Assembly: GCF_000143415.4 (NCBI RefSeq)
Contig: NW_003314283.1
Coordinates: 1,478,330 to 1,542,329, forward strand
DNA from: Selaginella moellendorffii
Lineage: Eukaryota > Plantae > Lycopodiophyta
DNA length: 64,000 nucleotides
Direction of reading: 5' to 3'
The translations under genes were made by a program, and so were the position numbers. The notes under the pieces were generated by a model. The model did not search any database and had not been told where the DNA came from. It saw only the letters and a program-made list of their open reading frames with translations. Each line of letters begins with the position of its first letter. Position 1 is the first letter of the stretch. Shown here one piece after another: positions 13,727-26,100 of the stretch.

Positions 13727-13899
13727 AGATGCAACAAACGATTGCTGTATCATACTAGAGGCATTCATGCGAAGGTAAAAGAATCTGGAACCGAATTATA
13801 GAGATTCTTTGGGACACCATTCTCTAGAGACTAGCATTTGTACACAAAGAAGAAGAGAAGACTGACAAAGTTCCGTGTTCTACATGGTTGTCAAAAGAA

Positions 13900-14157
13900 T
13901 CAAAAGTTGTCAAAAGAAACAAACAAGAAATTACATGTGAAGCTTCATGATCAGTTGTGTGACTTTGTCAATAGCGTTCTATTTTCCCAGCCCACGTTTG
14001 AGAATTTTCCAGTCAAGCGCGTAGGTACCGGGAAGGCAGGCGGCTTCCTGGTATAAAAGCCCAACCAGGGAAACCCAGGCAATTCATCGATCCCAGTCTA
14101 CAATCTTCCATCCTCTAGCCTGAAATTTGAGATTTTTCTCTTTTTCTCATAACACCC
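13900..14157 (+). promoter_or_regulatory. ICS proximal promoter (also upstream of copies 2 and 3)
   Basis: TATAAAA at 14052-14058, AGTCAA W-box, several TGAC/GTCA cores, CACGTT and GCGCGT. Confidence 0.5.
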
Positions 14158-15723
14158 ATGGCAAGTTCATATCCAAAGGACAAGATTGCATTCCTGTACA
14201 TCCACAGAGAGAGTGGTGAGATTGGCTTCGTCTCACAATCTGCGTCCAGGCATGTCCCAGTACTAGCAGCCAAGTGCGATTTCTTGTTCTCCTCCATGGT
14301 CGCGAGCGACAAGGCGGAAGATTTAGAGGCGGCAAAGCAGGCCACACGCTCAGTTGCTCCAGATATGAACAAGTACACCATTTCCATGCTTGGAGCAGCA
14401 GCTGACCAGGAGTGGACAGCCACCGTCTACGAGAGATACATTGGGAACGGGTTCGAGGGCGTGGTTTTCATCCAGGATCCCAATCTCCAGGAGGAGGACA
14501 GCGAGAGCATGAGCTATCTGGCCTCTCTGCTGCTGGACAACGGCGTCATGACCAGAGATTGCCTTCTGGAGCCCTTCAGCTCGCACACACCTCAAGAGGT
14601 GGACGACATCACCTCCCAAGTTGTGGACATCATCGAGAAGAATTACATCCACTTCCCAAAGCACGACCAGTGGTTCACAAGTGGGGGCAAGCAGAGGTTT
14701 GCGGACAAGGTGAGGTACCACGTCGCAAGAAACATTCCACTCGAGTTCGTCTTGCCCGCATTTCCAGTCAAGTCGTGCAATCCCGACAAGACTCTGGGAA
14801 AGTGCCCGGACAAGGCCGAGGAGCTGGCCATCCATTCCATGAAGATTGTTGCGGATCTCATCAAGGCCGTGTATGCTCCAGGCGTGCACTACAACGTCGC
14901 CTCGGATGGCCATGTCTTCTCTGATCTCGTCGGCTCGGACGACGCTGCTGTGGATTCTTACGGCGAGATGTTTTGGGAGATGGCACACAATCTGTATCCC
15001 GGCCTTGTCAATTTCTTTCGCCTGGATGAGTTTCTGCTGGACAACCACAGTGACAAAGACATTGCAAAGCTTATCTCCAACACCACCGTGGAGCATCCCG
15101 TTGCGACTGAGCTCACCGCCAATGCAGAGAATGCCAGGCGAGCTCTCATGTGCTTGTTTGGATGTGACGAGTCCACCGTCACCAAGGAGATCAAGGAGGA
15201 GCCGGAGACACGCAATCTATATCGTGGCTTCTCCAGGTTCATGCTCGAGGACTTGTACGAACACAAGAGCTGCAAGAATCTCCCGTCAAAGTCGGCCAAG
15301 AAGAAGCTGTGCAGCCAGGTTGCCTTCCTCATGATCCTCAGGAACCGTGCATACTCGGCCATGGTGGAGTGGCTCTTCCCTTTGCAGCTGCGCATTTCCA
15401 TCCACCCGCATCCAAACAGAGGTCCCAAGTATGGCATCAACATCATCCATTCCTCTCTAGTGGCAGCGCAGCGTTCTTCCGAGGAGAAGAACTTCCACAT
15501 CCCAACACCATGGCACAACGCGGTGGTGGAGCTGGCAGATGGCAAGTTCATGCTGCTGCACTCCAAAGTCATCCGAGGTTCGAGTATGCAGGCCAGAGAA
15601 ATGGCCTGTGAGCAGCTCGACTTGAGTCAACAGTTGCTTCTCAAGCGTCAAGGCTACAGAATGACGCTGGTGACATATCCAGACGGCAGACCCAGCCACT
15701 ACAGGCAGGTCAGTGTCTGCTAA
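14158..15723 (+). CDS. DIT1-like: Isocyanide (isonitrile) synthase, Dit1/PvcA family (pyoverdine/dityrosine biosynthesis protein), copy 1; intronless, 521 aa
   Basis: Motifs DQW-x3-GG, LPAFPVKSCNPDKTLGKCPDKAEELA, SDGHVFSDLVG, LYRGFSRFMLEDL, AFLMILRNRAYS, LRISIHPHPNRGPKYGI and HIPTPWHNAVV match yeast Dit1 and fungal ICS domains as recalled. It also has the long fungal-type N-terminal region. TATAAAA lies ~100 bp upstream. Confidence 0.93.
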   Translation: MASSYPKDKIAFLYIHRESGEIGFVSQSASRHVPVLAAKCDFLFSSMVASDKAEDLEAAKQATRSVAPDMNKYTISMLGAAADQEWTATVYERYIGNGFEGVVFIQDPNLQEEDSESMSYLASLLLDNGVMTRDCLLEPFSSHTPQEVDDITSQVVDIIEKNYIHFPKHDQWFTSGGKQRFADKVRYHVARNIPLEFVLPAFPVKSCNPDKTLGKCPDKAEELAIHSMKIVADLIKAVYAPGVHYNVASDGHVFSDLVGSDDAAVDSYGEMFWEMAHNLYPGLVNFFRLDEFLLDNHSDKDIAKLISNTTVEHPVATELTANAENARRALMCLFGCDESTVTKEIKEEPETRNLYRGFSRFMLEDLYEHKSCKNLPSKSAKKKLCSQVAFLMILRNRAYSAMVEWLFPLQLRISIHPHPNRGPKYGINIIHSSLVAAQRSSEEKNFHIPTPWHNAVVELADGKFMLLHSKVIRGSSMQAREMACEQLDLSQQLLLKRQGYRMTLVTYPDGRPSHYRQVSVC

Positions 15724-17752
15724 TATGTGATAGACGGTTTTGATTCTGGGTAAATTCCCTCAGGCCCATTTTTTTGTAAATTTTAAAAAGAGTAAATACC
15801 ATTTTTTCTCTCACTTCTTTGTCTCCATCTGGGATTCTAAAAATGAACCGTACAAACAGAAGAAATAGAGAACATATTGTTGACTGTATAGTGCTTCCTC
15901 TGTTACTACAAATATATGAATACCATTACAGCAGTATAGGAGTCACTACTAACTTTGACAATCTTTTACTTCTGCTCCTTCTCTGGATCAATGTTGTGAA
16001 GAAGAAGCCCTGGATTGAAAATTCCTCAATACCGACACTATTCACCGCCTAAGTTTTACGCTGTGTATTTTTCAGTCCAATTTTGTAAGCGGCTCAAGCT
16101 GCACAACACGTTACATGCTTCGCTCCAGCGTAGGCCATCCTGTCTCCAAAAGGACGAGACGTGGTCTTTGGCAACTTGAGAACTTTAGGATGTGTTTGAC
16201 AAGCCTTCTTTTTGAAACAAAGGTTTTTGCAAGACAATGTCATACGTCAAGTGGAATTTGTGGTCAAAGAATGTTTGCTACTTGTTTTGCGTTATACTGT
16301 ATTTATGCATCATTTTAAACACGTGTTTTAAGAGCAGGAAAGCAGCAAGAAGCTACCTTCTTTCTTTATGCAAAGTCTCAACCGCCTGATATATAAAATG
16401 TAACTATAGTTCTTGTCAGAATTAGATGGCCTGACTTTCTATGGCAAGTTTGGATTCACATCAGATTCTCTTCTTTTTATGGAACTTGCTTCCCTGGTAT
16501 TTGTTTTCTTCTTTGTTGACTTACATAGTTCACGTGTAAGTTCCAGTGCAAACTATCAGAGCGAGATATGTACTGTAGGCCCGTGCTTTGCCACCATCGC
16601 CTCCATCATACCAGTGCTTCACCCCTGCATTCAGCTCCATCGTCATACGACTCAGACCACGCTAGCCAAAATTCGAACGACTGCATATTAGGTAAAGTCA
16701 TACTGCTGCCAATGGCTGACCTGTCCATTCTTTTTCTTGGCCGTATATCATGTACCTCCTCCATGATTAACAATTTTATTCATAAACATTCACATGGTTT
16801 TGTTTGTGTGGCTTATATTAAATTATTATGAATATACCTTGAAAGCATACAAGGCCTGTGCCAAACACCCATGTGGAAATAGCAGACATTTTGTGTCATC
16901 AAGATGTATGTGAAGCATTCAGTGTGGAATCAAAAGTGAAATAGGGCTTCCCAGGGACATGAGGAGTGGCCTCGTTTGCATTGAGGACTTGGGGCCCCAG
17001 TATTCTCAACCTCATGCCACAGACAACACTTTCAATGCTGTTGGAGAAAAACTTTTGTCCTTCTGCGATGCAGTATAGGAATGTCAGTGGCCTGGACACA
17101 CACTGGGAGGCTACACTTGTGAGGCATGGATCCTTGCAAGGCTTACATAGTCTCATACTGTGTGCTGCCTCAGAAACTCTGGATGAGGAGCTCAGCACAG
17201 CCTGGATCAGGGTGCGAGGATTCTCAATGTGAGTGGTGTTGTTGCTGAGATCTTAGGCAATTGCACTGCATACAATGGCAAATCCAGCATGAGCTAGAGC
17301 AGACTTGCTGCAAGCTGCAGCTCGTCTCACTGTGGGTTCCAGCTTTGGAGCGTTGCCTCCTGTGAGCTGCACTGCTCAGGGCAGGAATGCTGTGCCTTTA
17401 TAGAGATTCATGAGTGTGGTTAGCTCTAGTAGATCCAACAACGAGGTATCCTTGGAACATGGCATATGTCCACATGCCAGGTCCACTCAAACTTCTAGCA
17501 CACCCAAGAGCTGTCTTGAGATGGGATTAGTTCCCCAGGACCTTTAGAGTGAGGCCAACCAAGGGGTTTCCCACCACCTCTCTACCTATGCAAAACAGAA
17601 GAAATTCATCTACCCTTTGGCAGAAAAACATATATTATTATTCATTATACTATTTATAACATTATAATATCCAAACAATAGATCTCTAAGAAGAATATGA
17701 TGCCATTAGCAACTGTGGGATTCTGAAGTTAGCTCTATTTTTTGTGGCTAAA

Positions 17753-19161
17753 TGTAAGCGACTAATTTTTCCATTTTACTTTAATCATTTAACCACACCT
17801 CTGACCATTTGGAGGAGTCTCATTCACAACCTCCATAACTTCAATCTAGGACTTGGGCTTAATAGCCCCAAGAATGGCATCCATGCCACTAAACCTTTGC
17901 ATTTGGTTCAAGTGCTCCATGTGTCCAATTCCATGACCCGACACCCCAAGGTACCACCAACATATTAACCTATTACGCTAAGGCCTTGCCCATTCACCTT
18001 AGTCACACCGATGGTTCAACGCCACCTACATCGCAATCCTATCTCTCAAAGACTGGGGCATTCGTCCATGAGTGATTATTCGAGATCCACTCTTTAGCAT
18101 CCTTAAGATACCTGCAGGTATGGAGAACAACCTTCCCCAATATCCCTTTTACAGTCCCCACTAAGTCCTTTTTTTGTCCATGGCCGTGTTCGCCAACATT
18201 GCCACTGGGACAAGGCCTACAGACCCGACCACTAAGTCTCACTGTCCTCTGGGACTTCCTCCTCACATGACTGTATCTTTGGTCATTACACCAAAGGACC
18301 ACTCGTATTCCTTTCTATAGTCTGGGACTTTAGTACAACATTTTGGAACACTGTGGCCCTACGCAAGCCTCATAGGTACTCTCCCCACCTTCCGCTTTTG
18401 GGTGTTCTAACCATGGGCTTAGAGCAAGGTTTTGTTGAGTTACGCCAGGTATCCGAGTAAGTAGTGCCACCCACGCTTGGACTGGGAGCATCAACCATTC
18501 GATCTCCCGGGGGAACTAAAGCTGGCCCTTGAACATTTCACCAAGCTGCCCCACTTGTCGATCCGTATTCACTTTAGTTTTGGACTTCCCAGTGGTCAGT
18601 TCATCACCCAACACCTGGGTACAGCCTTCCTGGGCCAAACTCGCCTTTCCTAGCAAAACTAACTCCACTAGGCTCCAACCCCTACACTTTCCCTATTATA
18701 CTTTTGGAACCCTTTGCAACCCCCCCCCGGAGGGACGATTGCTTTGGACTTTTACCCAACTGCATGTATTAGTATTCAGACTCGGACTCAGACTCGGACT
18801 TGAACTCGGTCTCGGACTTGGTCTCGGTCTCGGTCTCGAACTCGGACTTGGACTCGGTCTTGGTTTCGGTCTCCATCTCGGGTCCATCTCGGACTTTACC
18901 TTGGATTCCATCTTGGGTCCATCTCGAACACTTCCACGTGTCACGTGTTAGTCCTTTTGTATCCCCTTTTTAGAGGCTCACTTATTGCTCACTTTGTTCT
19001 TGTTCTTCGAACACTTCGTTGGGAGTTCCACTCGTGCTCTCGACTTTTCAAGTTCGAGCTTTTAGTCCAAACGTGTTACGCTCGTTTGGCTTTCACTTCG
19101 GCCACTACCACATGGCACCCTTTCGGCTCCACTTTGGGGCCTAAGGATTTTATGTCTCACA
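17753..19161 (-). mobile_element. Solo LTR (family A), unit-2 copy
   Basis: Duplicate of 1100-2510. Confidence 0.8.
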
Positions 19162-19349
19162 TTGAATCCACTGCTCAACTTCGGCCATTCTAGGCCATTG
19201 GAGCTCCAAAACATCCCTGATCTTCCACTAGAGTATAGATTAAAATTTAAATTAAAGGTGTTGTGAGTGTGTGGAAAATGAAAATAGAATATAGAAATAT
19301 ACATATCAATTAACCCAAAAACCCTAATTCATATACACGAGCAGGTGGT

Positions 19350-22300
19350 CAAGATTGAAACTAATTTGATAGCTATCAAAATCCCAATATACTAATAATA
19401 GTATATGGCATTGTACCCATACACTTGGACCTCAAAGCATCACCTCTTCTTAGAAAGATAGAAGACAACCAAGGTTTTATGGTGGATAGGCCGAGATTTG
19501 GAGGAACACCAAAAGCAAGCATTTGTGGATCTATAGGTGGTGTCAATTATTTTTGATCTCTTTATATAAAGAATTTTAATCGCTGCATATACATAATTTT
19601 TAAAGGATTAACTTGTTTGACGTTATGTCAAACCTCATAAACTTGTGGTTCAATTTGCCACAACACCTGATACAGTCCTTTCCATTGAGTAAGGAGCGCT
19701 TTATACAAACTGTATATCATAAGATTGAAAATAGACTAATATCAAAACATCCACTTTGTAATTTGCAGGTTGATGGGAGTTATATCACCATTGTTATCCC
19801 ACTTATATATAGCCCAAGTCTTTGGTAAACTTTACTTGAACCAGTGGAAGAATGCTCATTAAATATTAATCCTAAAACCTAATATCAACAGCTCATGGCA
19901 ATTGCAAAGGTAAACTCAACTTCGTTAACAGTATTAGATTATGACTATATAAGAGTTTATATGGTGAAACACTAATAGAACTTTACACTCTTGTAATATA
20001 TGCATACCAAAGAGATGGCATATAACCATCTCAATTCGAATGATAAAAGTTGATGTATTTCGCAATTATCCCTTTGAAGGTTCATATAAGCCATTCCACC
20101 AAACCATCTGACTATAGATGATAAGCACTTGTGAATGTGTAGTGTATCCTCAACTAAGACATTAAAATGTGAAATGTTTAATCCATAAATGCAAGATTAT
20201 TATCTGGAGAACCTAGAATGACAAAGTCCAACCTAGCCCAAACCTCCATTATTGTTTCCCACAAGATCCACGTCCAGGCCATAGTAAAGATCTCCAAAAG
20301 AATCCACTCTGGACAATAATGCTGGAACACCACTCAATTAAGGAGGAAGTATTTAACAGCAATTGCAAACGCACTAGCAAAAACACTAACTTCCACTTAG
20401 TGAGTTAATTAGTTAGAAGCAATAATGATATATTTATTGCCAACAATCAACTGTGAAAAAGGCCTTATTAAGTTAAACACCACCAACTCAAATGGATAGG
20501 AAACTACAATTGACTATAACTGTCCTTTTGTAGGACAAAGGGTAGTATTATGAGCTTAGTACCAAATACAACTATACACATACTAGATAACATCACGTCA
20601 TATATCCAGCTAATAGAAAAACTTGTGCAGCTTTTCAGTCACATGATGATGTCCCATATGCCTACTAGAATAAGAAAATCATGGTAGGCATGGAAAAAGT
20701 GTGGAATAATGATTAAAGGTATCACGAACCATAAATGATCATTAAGATTTGTCTCTACAAAATAAAGGAGGTCATTTTTAAGGCAATATTGATGACATAG
20801 CAAGTCATTAACAAGTGATATAGAATTCTTAAACCTATTGTGAAGTTTTCAGATTCACAACTCAATCTTTTGATCCTCACAAATTTTGTCAAGAGAAGGT
20901 AAATCTAGCTTCGCACCTTGTGGACAGTAAACATCAAATACAACAACTACCAACAGCATTGAATCCTTGTCCAAAAAATTCACAAATGCTGGAATAATAA
21001 ACTTGTAAAAATATGAGAAGAGAATGAAAAAGGAAGAGGAGCTTAAGAAAGGGCATTCGCATTAATCATATAACTCATTGAGTGATGAACAATATCAAAA
21101 TTATATGTTTGAAGCTTTAATGCCCACCAAGCAATATGACCAATCAAGTTTTTCCACTTTAATAACAAAGTAATTGCAATATGATCACTTTGTAGTAATG
21201 TTCAAGAACTATGTAGATATGTATGAAGTTTCTTGAAACCCCAAACTACTAGTAAACACTCCTCTATTGTGGAGTAATTCACCTCTACTAGTTGTAATGT
21301 ACGGTTGATATATGTAATAAAATGGTATTGACCAAACACACTTAGGCTCTCTTGCATCAACATACCTTTAAGACCAATATTAGAAGTATCCACATGCAAA
21401 ATAGTGTAGTTAATATATGCCAAAACTAAAGGAGTTGTTAACAACTCTTTGAGATATGTAAATGCTTGCTCACAGTTTACAAACCAAATGAAAGATGATG
21501 TTGATAAATTCAACAATACTCACAGTGGTTTTATACAATAAAAAAAATGATTAATGAAACAGTTGAGATATTGCACCTTGCCTAAAAAGCATCGCACATC
21601 ATTCACATACTTTAGAATAGGAAACTAGAGAATAGCTACAAATGTTTCAAGATCAACTTGCAAACCTTCACAAAAAATACGGTACCCAAGATAAATAGTG
21701 TTCTTGGACCCACCATACAATTTGACCATTTGAACTTTAAACTAACTTCTTGCAGCTGATTCAACACCTTACAAATATCACAAATGTGTTCCTCCTATAT
21801 CCCCTCTGAGTGGATGAAGACATCATTGATGAAGTCAGTAGTTACCTCCAGCATATCATAAAAAACATCATCCATCATCCATTGGAAAGTCGTTGAAGCA
21901 TTATTCAAACCAAATGGCATGACCAAGAACTCGTACAAATTAAATGGTGTACAAAAGAAATCTTAGGAATATCTTCCTCGGCCATTGACATTTGCTAGTA
22001 CCCAAAAGCAAAATTTAACTTGGTGAACCAATAACTTCTCCCCAAGCGATCCAAGAGATCGGTAGTGTGAGAAAGAGGGTATACATTTGGGATCATTACT
22101 CCATTTAACAAATGATAATCAATGTAGAAATAAATATTTTTATCAAACTTTGTCACAAGATGAAGTTCACACTCCCAATAACTATATGACTTTTGGATAA
22201 CACCCTTTTTCAACCTCCTTGACATTTATATATAAAATTTTGATTTGATTGGTGATCAATGATAAATAGAAATTATGATTGGACAAACATCCCCAATTGA

Positions 22301-23100
22301 AATAGAATGACGTGTTGTAATTTTGGCCCCAGACAACAAGTCAAATTCAAAGAGATTGGCATACTCCTTCATAAGCCGGTCAACCACTGCAACAAAAGTC
22401 ATTGAAGGAATCTAAAAAGGGAATAGAAGAACAAAACAAAAACATAGGAGGAAGTAATAAAACAATAAAAGTGATGAAGGCAAAAGGATGAAAAAAATAT
22501 AGAAATGAGAGCAATATAAAAAATATAAGGAAGTATAAGATAATGGGGAAAAGCTGTAAAGTCACACTTGATATGATTGTGTTGCAACCAATTCATATAA
22601 AGGATTAGGGCAAAATCTTAACTCGACAGCACTTGCAACAACTACAGCCTAAGCTTGAGAGTGTACTTTATTTTATGCACATATATATGTATAACTATTG
22701 CCATAAAGAATGAAAATTGACTCTGCCACATGACATAAATGTAGATAGCAACATGTGACCATAGGCTGAGCAATAGAAGATAAACTCAAACCTGTATTAA
22801 CTAATACAAATAGAATAATAGGAGACATCTTATTAAGAAAATGAGTTTAGAAAGTAATACTAGATGAACTTGTGCCAAATAAACCCCTTGATAATACTCC
22901 AGAAAGAAAAATGAAAGGGTCACAGACTTATTCATGCAAGAACCCTCTACTACTTGTACGACTCTTTATTTCTCAAAAACATCTCGGTGTCCTAACCTTC
23001 CACTACAACAGCACCAACAGGTTGTTGTTGACACTAAGGTCTCCACCCAGGAAATGGAGGTTGCTAATCCAGAAAATGTTAACATAACCAATTTCATCAC
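19350..23100 (-). mobile_element. Degenerate Gypsy pol remnant, unit-2 copy
   Basis: Duplicate of 2700-6451. Confidence 0.8.
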
Positions 23101-23105
23101 ACGTT

Positions 23106-26100
23106 TGTGAGACATAAATCCCTAAGCCCTAAAGTGGAGCCGAAAGGGTGCCACATGGTAGTGGCCAAAGTAGAAGCTAAATGAGCATAACACGTTTGGA
23201 CTAAAAGCTTCAACTTAGACGGTTGAGAGTGGGAGTGGAACTCCCAACGAAGTGCTTGAGAAACGAACACAAAGCAAGCAGTAAGTGAGTCTTTAGAAAA
23301 GGGACACAAAAGGACCAATACATGACATATGAAAGTGTTGAGATGGAATCTGAGATAGAGTGTAATATAAACCCAAAACGGAGTTCGAGATGGAGTCCGA
23401 GAAGAAATTCGAAATGGACCCAAGATGGAGTCCGATATGGACCTGAGATGAAGTCTAATATGGACCTGAGATGGACTTGAGATGGAGTCTGATATAGACC
23501 CGAGATGGAGTCTGAGATGGACCCAAGATGGAGTCCAAGATGGAGTTCGAGATGGATCTGAGATGGAACCGAGATGGAGTCCAAGGTCAAGTCTGAGATG
23601 GACTTGAGATAGAGTCTAAGGTTGAGGCTGAGAAAGAAACTGAGACCAAGACTAAGACTAAGACCGAGACTGAGATCGAGACCAAAACCAAAACTAAGAC
23701 CGATTCTAAGTCCAAGTCCAAATTCAAGTTCAAGGGTGACAACCCAAAGCATTCACCTCCTAAACCCTAAAGGGTTTAGTGAGCTCCAAAAGTATAGTGA
23801 GGGGAGGACTTTAGTGGAACCAGTTTGGCCAGGAAAGGCTAGTGTGACTAAGGAAGGCTATACTCATGTGTTAGGTGATAGTATATCCACTGAGGAGTCC
23901 AAACCTTGAGTGAATACAAACAAACAAATGGGGTAATTTAATAAAGTGTTCAAGAGCCGACTCTAGCTCCTTTGAGAATCAAATGGTCAATACTCCCAAT
24001 CTAAGTGTGAGTGGCACTACTTACTTAGATATTTGGCGTGGCTTATTAGAACCTCGCTTGAGCCATATAGTGAGGCACTTAATAATGGAAGGTGGAGAGG
24101 GTACCCATGAGGCTTGTGTAGGGTTGCAGTATTTTGAAATATCATCCCAAAGTCCTATACTATAAAAAGGAAGAGGAGCAATCCTTTAGTGTAGTGACTA
24201 AAGACACAATCATATGGTGAGGAAGTCCCAGAGGACAGTGGGACTTAATGGTTAGGCCTTTAGGCCTTGACCTAGTGGTAGGGTTGGTGAGCATAACCCT
24301 AGATGAAAAGGGACTTGGTGGGGACAGAAGAAGGGATATTGGGGAAAGATGTTTCACATGTCTCTGGGCATTTTAAGGGTGCTAAGGTGTGGTCAAGGGA
24401 TGACCACTCATGGATGGATGGCCCAATGTTTGAAAGATGGGATTGTGATGCAAGTGGTTTTGGACTATTAATGTGACAAAGATGAATAGGTATGGCTTTA
24501 GTATAACGAGCTGATATATCAAAAGTACCTTTGGATGGGGATCGGACACGTAAAGCACTTAGACCAAGTGCAAATGCTAAGTGGCATAGATACCATTTAT
24601 GGGGGTAGCATGTCCCGAAGTCCTAAATAGGACTTATGGAGGTTGTGAGTGAGACTCTTTTAAATAGTTAAAGTGTGGTTAAATGACTAAAGTAAAATGG
24701 AAAAATTAATTGCTTACAATTTGGTATCAAAGTTGTTTTTTAGTCCAACTCTTATTAGTGGTCAAGTGTATCACCACTTGATATTAGCATTGGAAGGTTC
24801 TAAGAGTGGATCTTCCTTGAGGAGTAGCATATTAAGAGGGCATGACTCTCCACCTTTGTTCATATGTAAACATGTTAATAATGTGGTGAATAAAAAGGGG
24901 CCAATAAGGGAATGATTTTGGGATCTTAGGAATAGTATAAAATTTTCCTCAAAGAGTTGAGGATGTGATCTATAAAAGCGTTTGATTTTGCAAGCTGGAT
25001 AATGTTGTTGTGGTAAACAAGTATAGTTGAGATTACAGGAATGATGGAAACTCCTGAACAATAAAAGAGTCATAAAATTATCCTTATATAATTGAGGATG
25101 GTGCTCAAGAATTTGAGATTGGAGTTAATGACCGTGGGATAGATAAAGACACAAGTCTTTGAAATGGTAGCCAAAGTTACCTTAAATAAATGTTGGAACA
25201 ACCCAAGGAGTTAGGGGTGTATTTAAAAGATAAGTTGATATTCTCATTATATGGACAAATAGTTCTAAAAAGCAAAGATAGCCCATATAGAACAAAGGAT
25301 AATTAAATGTTAGAGTAACACTTGCCAAAATGGTCTTTGAAAGTAGGACATGAATACAAAAAGTTATATTCTAATGAGTTAACACCTTAAAAGTAGCTAT
25401 GATGTTAGGACTTTACAGGTCATCGGATTAGCAAAGTCCAAAGCCTGGATGATTTAGTGGAGTCAAGGGATGGTCCTAAAAGGATGGTGAAAGCTGTTAG
25501 ACTAAGGTGGGTTTTACATTACAAAGGACTATAAGGATTATGAGATTTAAGTATGAGAACAATAGGTATTTTATTGATAGTAAAATATGCCATACTAAAG
25601 TTGTGGGAAAGGTGTCCTAGAAGAAAACAACTTTGGCATAAAGTTGTATATAAACACCATGGTGTAGTACTAACTGATAGTTGGCATGAGAAATAACTAC
25701 TTTGGTCTTGGCAAAAACCTAAACACGAGTGAAAAGTGTCGTAAAAGTAGGCTCATGGAATTGATGGGGTGGAGACCCCAAATGTTTCAAGAGATGAGGC
25801 TTTGAAGTCAAGTTTGCTAATTCATGAGGACCCTTTGTCAAAGGAATTCCACTGGAAATGAGATTAGCATAGCCTAAACTAAAAAGCATGCAATTCAAAT
25901 GTATGGACCCAAATAATAATGAAAGTGTGAAAGCATTAACAATGAGTTGTAGGATTTGATGACTATGAAGCAGCTAAACAAATATGTGGCATAATTGATT
26001 CGATTGATAGAGGTTAACTTGTCAAGATTTCTTATTAGGATAAGAAGGTTAGATATGTCCCATAGGGGGATAAATTGCTTATGTTACAAAATAATAAGTT

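Larger units (their letters stand above)
1..16653 (+). repeat. Tandem segmental duplication unit 1 (~16.65 kb)
   Basis: Position 1 recurs at 16654 and 33382, and the ORF track repeats with an offset of ~16,650. Confidence 0.95.

Noticed and set aside
14115-15699. Overlapping alternative-frame and antisense ORFs (248, 204, 170 and 162 aa) within each ICS copy
   Set aside because: They are shadow ORFs of a GC-rich CDS with no recognisable motifs. Their recurrence only reflects the duplication.
14158-15723. Fungal or bacterial contamination as the source of ICS
   Set aside because: Copy 4 is contiguous, with no gap, to an intron-rich plant PDR gene, and copies 1-3 are contiguous with a plant patatin remnant. 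Read-level confirmation is still advisable.
15819-16831. Short ORFs downstream of ICS as cluster genes
   Set aside because: Mostly non-ATG starts, no motifs, and ends that vary between copies. Weak splice-like signals are not enough to support a call.
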